Below the pieces are notes generated by a model that saw nothing but the letters and a program-made list of their open reading frames with translations, was not told the origin of the DNA and made no database searches. Positions 12,207-24,443 of a stretch of DNA of 64,000 nt are shown one piece after another. The position numbers and the translations under genes were made by a program. The DNA is from Podarcis liolepis (lineage: Eukaryota), in NCBI GenBank assembly GCA_965112155.1, contig OZ218099.1. The stretch is one strand, 5' to 3'. Positions within the stretch are counted from its first letter, which is position 1, and every line of letters starts with the position of its first letter.

Positions 12207-12346
12207 TTATTCCTTATTGACTTTGGGTTGGCCAAAAAGTACCGGGACAACAGGACAAGGCAACATATACCATATAGAGAAGACAAAAATCTCACTGGCA
12301 CAGCCAGATACGCCAGCATCAATGCACATCTCGGCATTGAACAGAG
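12207..12346 (+). CDS. CSNK1A1: CK1alpha exon 5 (140 nt), DFG/activation segment
   Basis: tttttttaaag|TTA TTC CTT ATT GAC TTT GGG...GAA CAG AG|gtaagg; [46 protein letters not shown] with the CK1-specific SIN motif. Confidence 0.98.
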
Positions 12347-13111
12347 GTAAGGTCCAAGCAATTTCTGTAATGATGCTAGAAGCTGTAAATATTTGGGATC
12401 TTGAATGAACAAAACCTAAATGAATTTTAATTTCTAGCTAAAGAAATCAGCTAAGAAATGAAGGTGGATTAAATGTTCTCAACAGTTTTGTATCTTCTTC
12501 TTAAAATGATTCCCTCACAACAATTTCAGTAAACTAGGATCTGTCAAAGCCTGTTTTACAAATAAAACAATCCATTTCTTTCCATCTGGATGACACAATG
12601 TAAAATTCCCCAAACCCAGATTCTGTTCGTTAGTTTTGGTAAAGTATTATACTGCTAGTGTTTGGGTTTCTGTGTATGCCAGTTGTTTTGAATGGGGAGA
12701 GCTTGCTCTTACTATGTTTAAAACTATTTTGGTTGTTTAAATTTTATTTGCCTAGTTCTTGCTTCTAGAAAGATGGCTGAATAATATCATCTAGGTAGAT
12801 TTCCATGACTCATTGAAAATGCTAAACTCTGCTTAGAGCACATTCGTATCTTGTGGTACTATTCTGCTTCTAGACTTCTAGGTCCTCATTCCCAAAATCA
12901 AATGTAGAATCTCATTGAACCCAAACAACTAAATTTGTTTATAACTCAGGTTATGTATTGGTATGTTGGCAGTTTTATTGACTACCAGCTTCCTTTCAAA
13001 CCATGCTAAGTCCTCAGGTAGCAAGTGCTTTTATACCTTTTAAGCATAAACTAAAAAAAACACACCACACACATGCACACAAAAAACAAAACCCTGCCTC
13101 TTCCTCCACAG

Positions 13112-13190
13112 TCGTCGTGATGATATGGAGTCACTAGGATACGTATTGATGTACTTTAACAGAACCAGCCTGCCGTGGCAAGGATTAAAG
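13112..13190 (+). CDS. CSNK1A1: CK1alpha exon 6 (79 nt)
   Basis: ttcctccacag|T CGT CGT GAT GAT ATG...TTA AAG|gtatgt; (S)[26 protein letters not shown]. Confidence 0.98.
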
Positions 13191-13480
13191 GTATGTCATG
13201 AAATTTTACTTGAGGTTTATATTCTGCCCCCAATCCATCACTCCCACTAGTGTAGTAGAGAACACTGCTACACATAGTACTGTATACTTGGCTCAATTGT
13301 TAAAAAGTCCTCATAACTCCATGGTGTCAAATGTTTTCTCCACATATCTTGAATAAAACAAACACAGTACACGCACAATAACCATATGATGTAGGCATTA
13401 GACTGCAATAAATGGCATTCAGCTACATTCAAAACTTAATACCAGATTGACCTTCATTTCCTTTGCAATATATTATGGTA

Positions 13481-13689
13481 CTGTGGTACCTCGGGTTAAG
13501 AACTTAATTCGTTCTGGAGGTCTGTTCTTAACCTGAAGCACCACTTCAGCTAATGGGGCCTCCTGCTGTCGCTATGCCTCCGTTGCATGATTTCTGTTCT
13601 CAACCTGAAGCAAAGTTCTTAACCCCAGGTAATATTTCTGGGTTAGCGGAGTCTGTAACCTGAAGCGTATGTAACCCGAGGTACCACTG
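13481..13689. mobile_element. Tc1/mariner MITE in intron 6
   Basis: TA|CTGTGGTACCTCGGGTTA...TAACCCGAGGTACCACTG|TA terminal inverted repeats with TA duplication. Confidence 0.9.
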
Positions 13690-13789
13690 TACTTGGAGAT
13701 TTCATATAAAGCCTTTTCCATCAAGGTTCTGTCCATCTGATATTTGCAGCTGTCCTTGTGTCACATATATTTATCCATGTGTCCCACAG

Positions 13790-13864
13790 GCTGCAACAAA
13801 GAAACAGAAATATGAAAAGATTAGTGAAAAGAAGATGTCTACTCCTGTTGAAGTTTTGTGTAAG
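13790..13864 (+). CDS. CSNK1A1: CK1alpha exon 7 (75 nt)
   Basis: gtcccacag|GCT GCA ACA AAG...TGT AAG|gtgaga; [25 protein letters not shown]. Confidence 0.98.
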
Positions 13865-14083
13865 GTGAGAGAAAAGCTGTTGTTAAGAACGTAAACTGCT
13901 TTGGCAAGGAGCTATCTTTTCATTAGTAAAGTAGCCAAGAACCCTTAGACACAATATAAATTCTTTTCCTTGTTTTCCCGCTCTTAAAAAACAAAACTTG
14001 CAATAATCCAGAACTGATGTCTTGCATTTAAGACCTACGAGAATCTTTTCTGTAAGTCACTGTTTGACTAATTCTGTTTGCAG

Positions 14084-14190
14084 GGTTTTCCTGCAGAATT
14101 TGCAATGTATCTGAACTACTGTCGTGGCTTGCGCTTTGAAGAGGCTCCTGACTACATGTATCTGAGGCAGTTATTCCGTATCCTTTTCAG
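14084..14190 (+). CDS. CSNK1A1: CK1alpha exon 8 (107 nt)
   Basis: ctgtttgcag|GGT TTT CCT...CTT TTC AG|gtcagt; [35 protein letters not shown](R). Confidence 0.98.
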
Positions 14191-15148
14191 GTCAGTGGGG
14201 CTGAGGGTACCACAAAACCTTTGAGCATAACAGTGATAAACTAGCAAGTGCTTAGAACTAGAAAAAAAGTTCTGCTGACTTTTTATCAGATTTAACAGAA
14301 ACCCGTAGCCCTCACCAGGATAGCCTTAATCTCTTCATCTGGTTGAGGATTAGCCTGTCACCAGCAGCACTGAAAACAAATATAACATGCGTTATCTTCT
14401 AACACTCACCCAGATCAGAGTCAGTTTTTGTTTTGTTTTTTAAATTGAGTAAATGCATGAATTACCTGTAAAAGATCAAATCTAGTATTTCAGCTGAAGA
14501 AACTACCTTTATTTCATTGACCACTTCAGTTAACTTGATTTGTCAAGAGTGGAAAGCCAAGCAGCATTTAAAGATATATGGCTGCAATAAAACAGTTCAT
14601 GATGTCACATTTCCCAGGGCAATGGGGTTGTAAGCAAAATTTGCCCCAAATTTACAAGCTGGTTGGATGAATGTAGGCCTTGTGTTTTAGAAAGAATATG
14701 GACATACTGGGAAGGGGAATGGTCCTTGTATACTAAAATGGTTTTGTATCTGAAATTTCATGTTACTACCCAAGGTTCAAGCTGGTTTGTATGTGTAAGT
14801 TGTACATTAATTACAATGTAAGCTGTCCTTACCGTTTATAAATGTTGAATTGCTCAAAATGGATTACAGCTTTAATGCAGACTATTATAATAGAAAATGA
14901 CGAAGATCCCAAGTGTCACATGTGATGGGACTCTTTGGATCTTGGCCAATACTTTGTAAATGACTGCTAAGTGGCTTTCAAACTTGCTGCGAACAGATTT
15001 TTTATTATTAATCCACCACACTACTCAATCTTCAAGTGTTTTACAAAGCATTATTAATGTTAGGCTTCAGTAAAATTTGTCTGTTATATAACGGCAATGT
15101 AGGTATTGCATTGCAGTGAATATTCTGCTTTCTTTTTCTGCTCACTAG

Positions 15149-15297
15149 GACTCTGAATCACCAATATGACNNNNNNNNNNNNNNNNNNNNNNNNNNNNNN
15201 NNNNNNNNNNNNNNNNNNNNNNNNNNNNNNNNNNNNNNNNNNNNNNNNNNNNNNNNNNNNNNNNNNNNNNNNNNNNNNNNNNNNNNNNNNNNNNNNN
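15149..15297 (+). CDS. CSNK1A1: CK1alpha exon 9 (only 15149-15170 visible; end inferred from the 149-nt orthologous exon)
   Basis: ctgctcactag|G ACT CTG AAT CAC CAA TAT GAC = (R)TLNHQYD, then Ns from 15171. The donor site(s) are masked, so the end coordinate is an inference. Confidence 0.8.
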
Positions 15298-15342
15298 NNN
15301 NNNNNNNNNNNNNNNNNNNNNNNNNNNNNNNNNNNNNNNNNN
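15171..15342. other. 172-nt N-run inside exon 9 and its donor region
   Basis: Ns begin mid-exon directly after the codon GAC. Confidence 0.95.
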
Positions 15343-18104
15343 ACACTAATTTGGATGTCGGTGAAGTTAAGTGTTAGATCAAGGAGGCCATTAAAAACAT
15401 ACATTTGGCTATTTAGTATTAAAGAAAACGGACGTCCTTGGGAAATTTGACTACTAACTTTAAACCAAGTGTCCTTGTTTTTCATATCATTTCTTTGGGG
15501 ATGTTGGGTCATTTTAACCACTGCATCTTCTGCTCCCGCATTAACCCCTCTTCAAAACTGGCTTGGTGTTGGGAACATGACAAACAGTATGATCCAAAAT
15601 CCTAGACCTAACACTTTTTAAGAGGAAAGCCTTCTGTTTACTTTTTCTATTGGGTCAGCATTTAGAAGCTTTGGTACGGGTACCTTTATTCTTGCATCCA
15701 AAATGAAGATGGAAAACTAGGCATGATCTCACTTGGAGTTCTGCCTAAAGCACTTGTGTGATGGATTTTTATTCCTTGGCATAGATAGTGTTAATTTTCC
15801 ATCTTCAATTACAAATCCAGGCATGGATTATCCTGTGGGGTGAACTAATAAGGGGACTCTTTAATTTAAATTGAATTTTAACTGTCCATTATGTTAAGTT
15901 TTTGCTTTTATCAAAATGTGGATTCAAATGAAAACTGAATTTAATATGTTTTCAACACTGACACCTCTTAAACTGGTTTTCTATGAAGACCAAACCATGG
16001 GAGAACTTCTGTCCAAAGCTTAATAAATACAGCCCAGTACTGTATATCCTGGGCTTTTGTGGCTATAGGTGAGCCATGTCCTTTATCAGGTTGGCTTGTT
16101 ACCCACAAAGGAGCTCACTCTGCTCCTTCCCAGAATGGGGGTTCCAAGATCTCTTAGGGTGATGCACAGGATGGGTAAGAGCTGAGGCAGCTTCAAGAGG
16201 TGACATCTACAAATTGCAAATGGTGGATGCCACATCTGCAGTAATTCAGGTTTAAATGGAACCCATTTTACAGCAGGAAGGTGGACAGTAAGATAGCTAG
16301 GAGCTGAGCCTGCTGCCAACCCGTGGTGGGAATGGATAGGGTTGTACCTGTCATAGGGGACCATCATGCCAGTCCTTGAATAAAGAGTCTGAAAAACAAT
16401 CCTAGTGGGGGTGGTGGGATACACCTATTCCAAACAAGAAAGAATGAGGTGGAGCTCACAATGTGCTGGAGGAAATAGTAGAAAATCTCTCAAATTTTAT
16501 TGTGCACTTAACACATTTGAAGCGTAGCCATTCACTATTGTCTTCTGAATAAGGTGTTAAAGGGGGAAGGGGGACAATGAAGGTCTATGAGTTAGTGAAG
16601 ACTTCACTCTTCTTGAGAAGCAGAGTCTCCAAAAATGCCAGGAACTGGGGTGTCTGAAGAGAAGAGAAGCCTTCAGTGAAGCACTTTGAGACAAGACTGT
16701 GATGATTGTACCTACCTGTGCTTAACATGGAATAAAGTGAACTTACCTGCTGAAATTGGTTTGCATCCTGGTATCCGTGGGGCAGACAAGGTCAAAAGAT
16801 AATAGAATGGAACAAAGAGGTCTGGGCCAAAGGGACTACAAGTCTTCATAGATTTGAGCATCCAGTTCTTGGCTTTAGCAGACAAGCAACCTATGTTTTA
16901 CCATATTCATCCACTGAGTTCACTTGAGTTGCCTTGTAAGTCCTATTTTGTAGTCTCAAGTCCTTGAATACTGCAATTTGCTCAATTCACAAATGGTAAA
17001 CATTATTACTCTTACCAGCTGAACTTGAATTACTACTTTTCATAAAATGGAAAAAAATAGTCTGTCCAGTAATAAGCAAATGCTTCTGAAAAGTCTGCTT
17101 AATCTTAAAGCAGATAATCTTGATCAGTGCCTTTACATGAGGAGAGGGAGACAGACAGACAGCAGAAAGCACTAATTTCGCATTTCTCCACCAAGTACAA
17201 ATAATTCTGTAGGGCCAGAGGAATGTGAGTTGAACAAAACTTGAGATTGCTGGCTATTTTGTTATTCTGAGGTGGGGCAGAGAAGTGGATGCAACACAGA
17301 GAAGAAACTCAAGGCAGGTAGGGAAAGGACAGCTTTGTTTGCTCTTCTTAGCATCTAGGGTTGGTCACAATTAGCTGTTACACGACTTTCTGGCAAATAG
17401 AAGGCTCTTATTGGAAAATAAATTCTTCCAGTGTTAAACAAAATAATCAGGGGGGAGGTGTATTAAATGGAAACAGTGGGACAAAGAAGCAAGGCCTGGT
17501 TTTCAGAATGAAATGTTGTAAGAAATGCTTCTCAAGAAGAAATGACTTCAAATGATGTGGACCTATGTGAACACTCTGGATCAACTGGTTAGTAAACATT
17601 TTTGCACTTTTCTTATTTATTGTACCCACATATTGCTGTGCTAATATAAGCAGAGCATATTGGGGTGGATTATTTTGGAGTTTCAATGTACAATTAATTA
17701 GTGAATTTATGGGAATATGTTAATTGCACTCTTGCTGCTGCTGTAGGACCTCTGATATTATTGATTGTTCGGCATAAGCAAATACTCTGGTTGAAGATTG
17801 TGCAACACTTGTTATGCCATAGTGGAAAAAAAATCACTATTTAATTTGCTTTTGAGAGGGCTGACACATTGTTAAATATGAGCTTATATTTGGCTTTTTC
17901 CTTGTAAATATTTTGAAGTGACATCCACAGCAGACCAAGCCTCTGAATAAGAATTTATGAATGCAAACATTGTCCTAAAGGATGGTCACATCCTGTATTT
18001 ATAGCAAACATTACTTGTTTTAGAGCAAAACAGCTCCGCAGAATGTAATAGTTTCCCATAAACACAATTCCTACGTGCTTTAAGCATATCCCAGGTCTAT
18101 GGAC

Positions 18105-18106
<2 letters not shown>

Positions 18107-18148
<42 letters not shown>
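18107..18148. repeat. (GT)21 microsatellite
   Basis: direct reading. Confidence 0.95.
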
Positions 18149-18151
<3 letters not shown>

Positions 18152-20146
18152 AAAGAATGGGTCTGGCAAATTTTACAATTAAAGCAAGTGTACTCAATTA
18201 CAGAAGTTGACTTTTCATTGTTTTTGTTTCAGGGTCCATATAAGAGGTTATAACTATCCGTTTGCAACATCTACAGCTTCGTAGTCATCTGCTGGTGCCT
18301 CCAAAACCAGCAGTGCTGCAACTTAAATACATATTGGACAATAAACTGCATGCTTCAAACAAGATATCTTCATCCAATTGGAACCATGGATGATTTCATA
18401 ATAGTAGTTGATGAAAAATGCTCTGTTTGTTAGTGCAACTAACCCTTTTGTGGGTGATCAGAATAAAATCTTTATTGGCACAGGTCAGTAATTATGACCA
18501 GGCTTTTATTTCATAAATCAAAATAACCATTGCTGAAAGTTACTGATTATGAGTGTGAGTAGTATGCAAAAAACAAAAACACAAAAACAAGAGTGGAAAC
18601 TTGCTAGCTTGTCTTACTGGGTGGAGCAGCATAATGATTCAGCAAAAAGCTGTTTAGCTGAAAGCAGATGTTGGATTTATTTTTCGGAATATCTGATGTT
18701 AGGAACTCAACTTGGGAGAGGCAGGGGTGAAAACTTAAAGAGTTTGCAGCAGCCAGAAGCAATTCTGCAAATGTACAGTGCATAAGATCTGCATGATGGA
18801 GGAAACATGAAATGCCACAGATTTTATTTAATGGATCTTTTAGCCTACTGGAAATAAGCCACATTGAATACAGTAGGGCTTCTGAGCAAATATGCATAGG
18901 TTCAGGCTGTTGATGAAAGAGAAGAGTGTCTGAGATGAAGAAAACACTGAAATTTCAAAATACTTCTACAGCCAACTTGCTTTGACTTTAATGAAGAGAG
19001 CAGGTGGATTTAAACTAATTCTTCCCCAAGATACAGCTGACGTCAGCTGCTCTGACCTGTTGCACAGTTTGTTTATGAACTGGCCTATTCTAATGAACAT
19101 TTTGAAGAAAACAATCACCACGCAGATTGAATTAGCAACTTTTCATCATTTCCTGAAGTAAAAAAAAGGTAGACTGCTTGGAATCTTGAAATCTAATTCA
19201 TCACTTGTGTTACACAAAGATTACTGATGCTGTCAAAAATTTGGAAAGAAGACTACGATCTTGAAGAAAAATGTGCCAACAGAATTCAGTTGCAATATAA
19301 ATCAAGCATTAAATTAACTTAATCTTCCTTGCCTATATTTTAACCCTGAATGCAGGTTAGATGCCTGACTGATGAATAAGACATTGTGACATAAGCTTTC
19401 TTCAGTAAACTCTCCTGTAACCTCAGCGCTAGAGGTTGGCTAGTCAAGGTATACATACCTGTTCCTTAACTTTTTTAAAGAAGGCCACTCACTCCAGTGA
19501 ACTGGTGAAAGCTTTTGTTAAGCACCTGGAGACACAAGTCCCCCCTCCCCAAGAACTAAACCAGCTTTTCACAGCAAAGCCGCCTCAGCAGGTAGAGAGA
19601 GTGCTATTGGCTTCGTTTGAAATTCGGCAGTCAAAGATGAAAAATGAACTAGGAAATGAAAAAGCAATTTTTTCTTTGTTCCAGTCTATAAATACGTTGA
19701 TGGTTTTTATTTGAAGGACATTGTAAATAGGAAATTATACGCTATTTGAGTTTGTATTTTAATAAAAGAATAGTCTTGGTTTTTTATGTTATCTATAAAC
19801 ATTGTAAGCAAAGAGTTAATCTATTAAATAAGCATTGTACCAAAAGCCACTTATTAAAAAGTATAATATGGAAAGTTTCATATCTACCTATATAGTTTTG
19901 AAGATTCTGTTTAGTTCAATATTGCTTAGTTCATCACAGCCACAGGCTTGTGGTTTACTGTAATTTTAGAATGAAAGGATTCCGTTAATATATTTAGATA
20001 GTGGAATTTTCACAATTGTCAGTTTACTTTCATTCAGGTACATAGAAAGGCAGTGCAAGAAGTAGTTTTATGCTTGTATTCAACTTTGCATTGTGTATTC
20101 AGGTGAAATTTCTATCAAACCCAACTCCTAAAACACCAAGATACTA

Positions 20147-20452
20147 CAGTGGTGCCCCGCAAGACGGAAAACCCGCTAGACGAAAGGGTTTTCCGTTTTG
20201 GAGGTGGTTCGCAAAACGAATTTCCTATGGGCTTGCTTCGCAAGATGACAATGCCTTGCGAGTTCCTGTGGGTTTTTTTCCCCCCCCCTTTTTCTAAGCC
20301 GCTAAGCCACTTATCAGCTGATCCAATCAGCAGATAAACCGCTAATAGCGCTAATCCCCTAATCTGTCAATGGGCTTGCTTCGCAAGACGAAAAAACCGC
20401 TAGACGAAGAGAATCACAGAATGGATTCTTTTCGTCTTGCGAGGCACCACTG
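20147..20452. mobile_element. Tc1/mariner MITE, copy B (same subfamily as 55-384, opposite orientation)
   Basis: TA|CAGTGGTGCCCCGC...GCGAGGCACCACTG|TA; its reverse complement aligns end to end with 55-384. Confidence 0.9.
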
Positions 20453-23400
20453 TACTGTGGCCACGAAAAGTTGGCTTTGACAGTATTTTTTCATCTTGTT
20501 TTGCTTTGTTTCTTGACTAGTAATTGTTTCGACTGGTAAACTTCCATCTCCAAAATACCACTGCAGACTGGAGCTGAATCCCCTTAATGTAACAAAATGT
20601 ATGCACCTTTGGAGGAATACTTAGTTTCACTTCTGATTTTGCTAGTATTTAGTTTGGCTCAATACCCTGTGTAGAACAATATGAATGTAGCCAGACAAAG
20701 ATGGTCATGGAAACATAGGAAGCCTGGTTTGCTAAACAAAAAACCCTTTTGTCTATGGGGACATCAGTATCCTAGATACAAAATCTTAGATACGGTGTTT
20801 GTGTTTAACCCCTTTTAGGTCCTGTACAATAGCCACTCCGATGTGATTTGAAAGTAGCTGGTTTACCTCCAAGAAAGTTGTAGGGTTTAATAAAGGTTAT
20901 ACACTATAACTGGAGTATGTCTCACAAGTTCAGTTCAGACTAGAAAGTGAGTCAGTATATTCTGTGTTAATATGCACCACCAAGTATATTTAAGCAACCA
21001 GTTGAGGTGCAGGGACGCTTTCTCTAGGTAGAACTAAGGAAACTTGCTTGAAAGTATTGCTCAGTTGAGAAGGGAAACCGAGATGTGCACTGCTTCTTGA
21101 GGAAAAGCTAAGTGCAGCAGGAGCAAAATAAAGGCTGTGCTGAAGTAATGTGTTAAGAGCTATCAGAGTAAGAAAGCTAATAGAATTGTAGCGTCTAACA
21201 ACACAATAACAAGCTCTTCTCTCAATATTACCTTTCTAGACAGTTTTCTTTTTGTGGGTGAGAAAGGGGGGGGGTTCTGAATGTGAACAGTAAGGGGAGG
21301 GGTATTGAAGGGTGACATCACTTTAACTGCAACATCTCATGATGACATGCACATGTACAGTTATAGAAATTGCATGTTTTCTAATTTCACCCCAGACCGT
21401 GCTCTTCAATGGAGGTGTTCACACAGTTAGCTGTAAGCCAGTGATGTGCATACCACTGGGAGTCCGCCTTAATTTGGACATAAATATTGTGCTGCCTGCT
21501 GCTTTGGTGATTACTTAGTAGGCTTCCCTTTGTTTTTCACATTGGTAGTAATGGGAAAGGCAGTGGCAATGCACTTGGGGAGGGAGCAGTTGGAACACTA
21601 GTTCTTGTGTTGCAATATCATTGAAAATCTGAAACTTGGGGGTGGGGGACGACTTTCTGGAAAAGGTAAAATCTTTAAATGAAGGCTTCTATGTACTAAA
21701 CCACTACCAGACTCTGATGCTTAAAAGATCTAACGTATGGGGTTTTCTACCATATTTAACTTATTAAATGTCTGTGTCTGCAGTATACATATACTGCTAA
21801 TTCCATAGTATTCAAGGCCAGGCCCAGTGAGTGGTAATGATGAATTTAGGTCACTCTTGTATATTTACATTTCAGTGGAGGTTTTTTCTTCTTCCCTTTC
21901 AGTAACCTTAATTATAGTACAGTCAAGAGGTTGCCTGCTTAATTTCAAAATAGAAACCCAGTGGGCCAATTGCTAAGTTTTGGTCAGCATTATACTATCA
22001 ATTTAAACTTGTAATTGAAAACTGGAAGACTGTCACCTGAACTAAATAAAGCTTTTTTCTTTGATACCACTGGGCTTGTGCCTCTGCAGTTTTTCTTCAC
22101 TGAGTGAAGATGACAAACTACTGTATATATTAAATGCCAGTGTGCCTGGAGCTAGTGGTCTATAGTCTCTAACTGCATAATGTCAAGTCAAGCATGGGTT
22201 ATTGCAGAACAATGAGACGTACAAGTGATGTTGACTCTTATCCTGTACCCTCTACTATCCACAGGAGCGTAGAAATATTACTTCAAAGCTTTTACTGTAG
22301 AGTAAATGCTTTTCTCCTAATGTTGGTACATATAGATGCTTTTGTTCAGAATAGCTTTTGCCTTAATTATTATTTTTGGTTTCAGATTAGCGCAGAGTTC
22401 AAGTTTTGTCTTACGTATAATCAACACATTTAAGGTAATTTCATTAATAAAACAATTTTGAAATGTTTTCGTACACTTAAGTAGATTTTTGTTTTTAATG
22501 CGGTTTGTCAAGTCTTGAGTTACTTTAGTTGTGTTAATTTCTGAACAACGGAAAGCACATTCTCAAAAAACAAATGTCATAGCTGTGTAACTGTCTTGGT
22601 GATGGTTCCTCCAGCAGATTCTGTCAAACTTAATTCTGAAGAGCGGAGTTAAACCCAGAAGATTAAAATTGTAAATTGAAACCATCTAACTTATTTCTGA
22701 GGGAAGACTTCTATCAGTACTGCTAATAATACCTAGGTATCTCATAACCCTTGTATCATACCTGACCTCTAATGCTAAGGCCTATGAACGGGCTGCATAT
22801 TTTAAAATGCACACCAGCTATATTTGTTATGCAAAGGGTGTTTGTTTTTTAGTCCTTTGAAGTTTAGTAGTTTAATATTGAGGACAGTCAGAATTAAGTG
22901 ACTAATTTAGACCAACAGACAGTGGGCTTGTGGGTTGCTGCCAACTTTCTGATTAATAGTGATTTCAGGTGTGCAACATGCAAATGTGCAGAAGAGTAGA
23001 GAGGGCAAATGATAGAAAACTTGAAAACTTCCAATCTCTACTCAGACTAAAAGTTTTGTAGGTGGTAGTCTTGAAAGCCACGAAACAATTGCCCCAAATC
23101 TTCTGACCTAGATTATAAGAATATTTACTTTCTGCAGAGGTGAAAGGAATTCTAGTGTGTCATTAGCCTACCTTACTTGTTGCACAATCCCAACATTACT
23201 GAAGGGAATAAAACATATTAAAAGCTAGTTCCAAAGATCTCCACAAACAATCGGGAGATCTTTCCACCCACACATGGCTGTTAATGATTTTTCTATTGGG
23301 TTGCAGCTCCCCAAAGAAATATTAGCACAGTAGATCATCTCCTGAACATAGAAAAGTTTCTCAGAAGCTGTGAAGAGGAGCCCAAGACATACTTATGATT

Positions 23401-24407
23401 AAAGAAGCTATAAGTTTAAGGAATGAATAGAAAAACTGCCAACACTGAAGAAGTTGGGAATGGGGTAGTTAACTGGCTTACATTAAGACAAATTAACTTA
23501 AAATGGATTTTAGTAATTTTTAAATTGTGAATCTACTGGTAAAATGTGACTGTTTATAAGTTCTGCTAGAATACTACCTGAATAAAAGAGAAGGTTATAG
23601 TTGCACACTTTAAAATTAACATGCTGAATTCCAGACTATCTAGGAAATACTGAGCTAAAAATTTTAAGAAGCTCTTCCCTCACATAACCTTTGTGGCTGC
23701 ATACTAAAATGACGAGTTGTTGGAGATTAAACATCATACTGGTTCATGGATGTTGGCGCAGTGTCCTTAACTTGAAAATTGCCACTGAATCCACCTGTGT
23801 AGTTGTAGTTTGAAAATCTATTTCTGAGTGGTTTACAATATTCATATATTACTCAAGATCTGTAATGGAAGTTGGGAGAACAAATTTCCAGCTGTGAGAA
23901 AAAAACCTTACCAGCAATTTCCAGTCAGTTGTATTTTACTGGTTGGTCCTTTTCTGCACTTGTCCTGATCATGACCTTGCCTGGTTATACAGACTATTGG
24001 GAGTTTCTTTGACAACTGCTTCTCAGCCTATGAAGCAGGATGCGATGGTGGGTCACCAAAGCAGGCAGTTCTGTTTTGCTGATACTGAAGCTCTATAGCA
24101 ACAGGACACAACATTGCATTCAGAAGTGGAAAAATTCTCTCCCCCAGGAAAGCAGCTAGCATGGGGATGACTGGTTCTCCAAACCTCGGGAGAAAATAAT
24201 AGCCATAGGAAGTATGTTTCCCATTCAGTCCCAGTAAGGAATGGGGGAGAGAAAATGTAGAGGTTACTGACTGCTAAAATGTAATTCAGGAATAGCTTGA
24301 AAGAAGTTGCCTCTGAGTAGAACACAAATCCACATCATTCCAAATAAGAAAAGGCTCACCAAAAAACTTTCAAGGCCTGTTTGTGTGCTACTGAGTATTT
24401 GTCCAGG

Positions 24408-24410
<3 letters not shown>

Positions 24411-24437
<27 letters not shown>
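24411..24437. repeat. (AT)n microsatellite
   Basis: direct reading. Confidence 0.9.

Positions 24438-24443
<6 letters not shown>

Noticed and set aside
16040-16790. Possible solo LTR (AATAAA followed by a ...GACA end)
   Set aside because: No matching TG...CA boundary with a target duplication could be defined.
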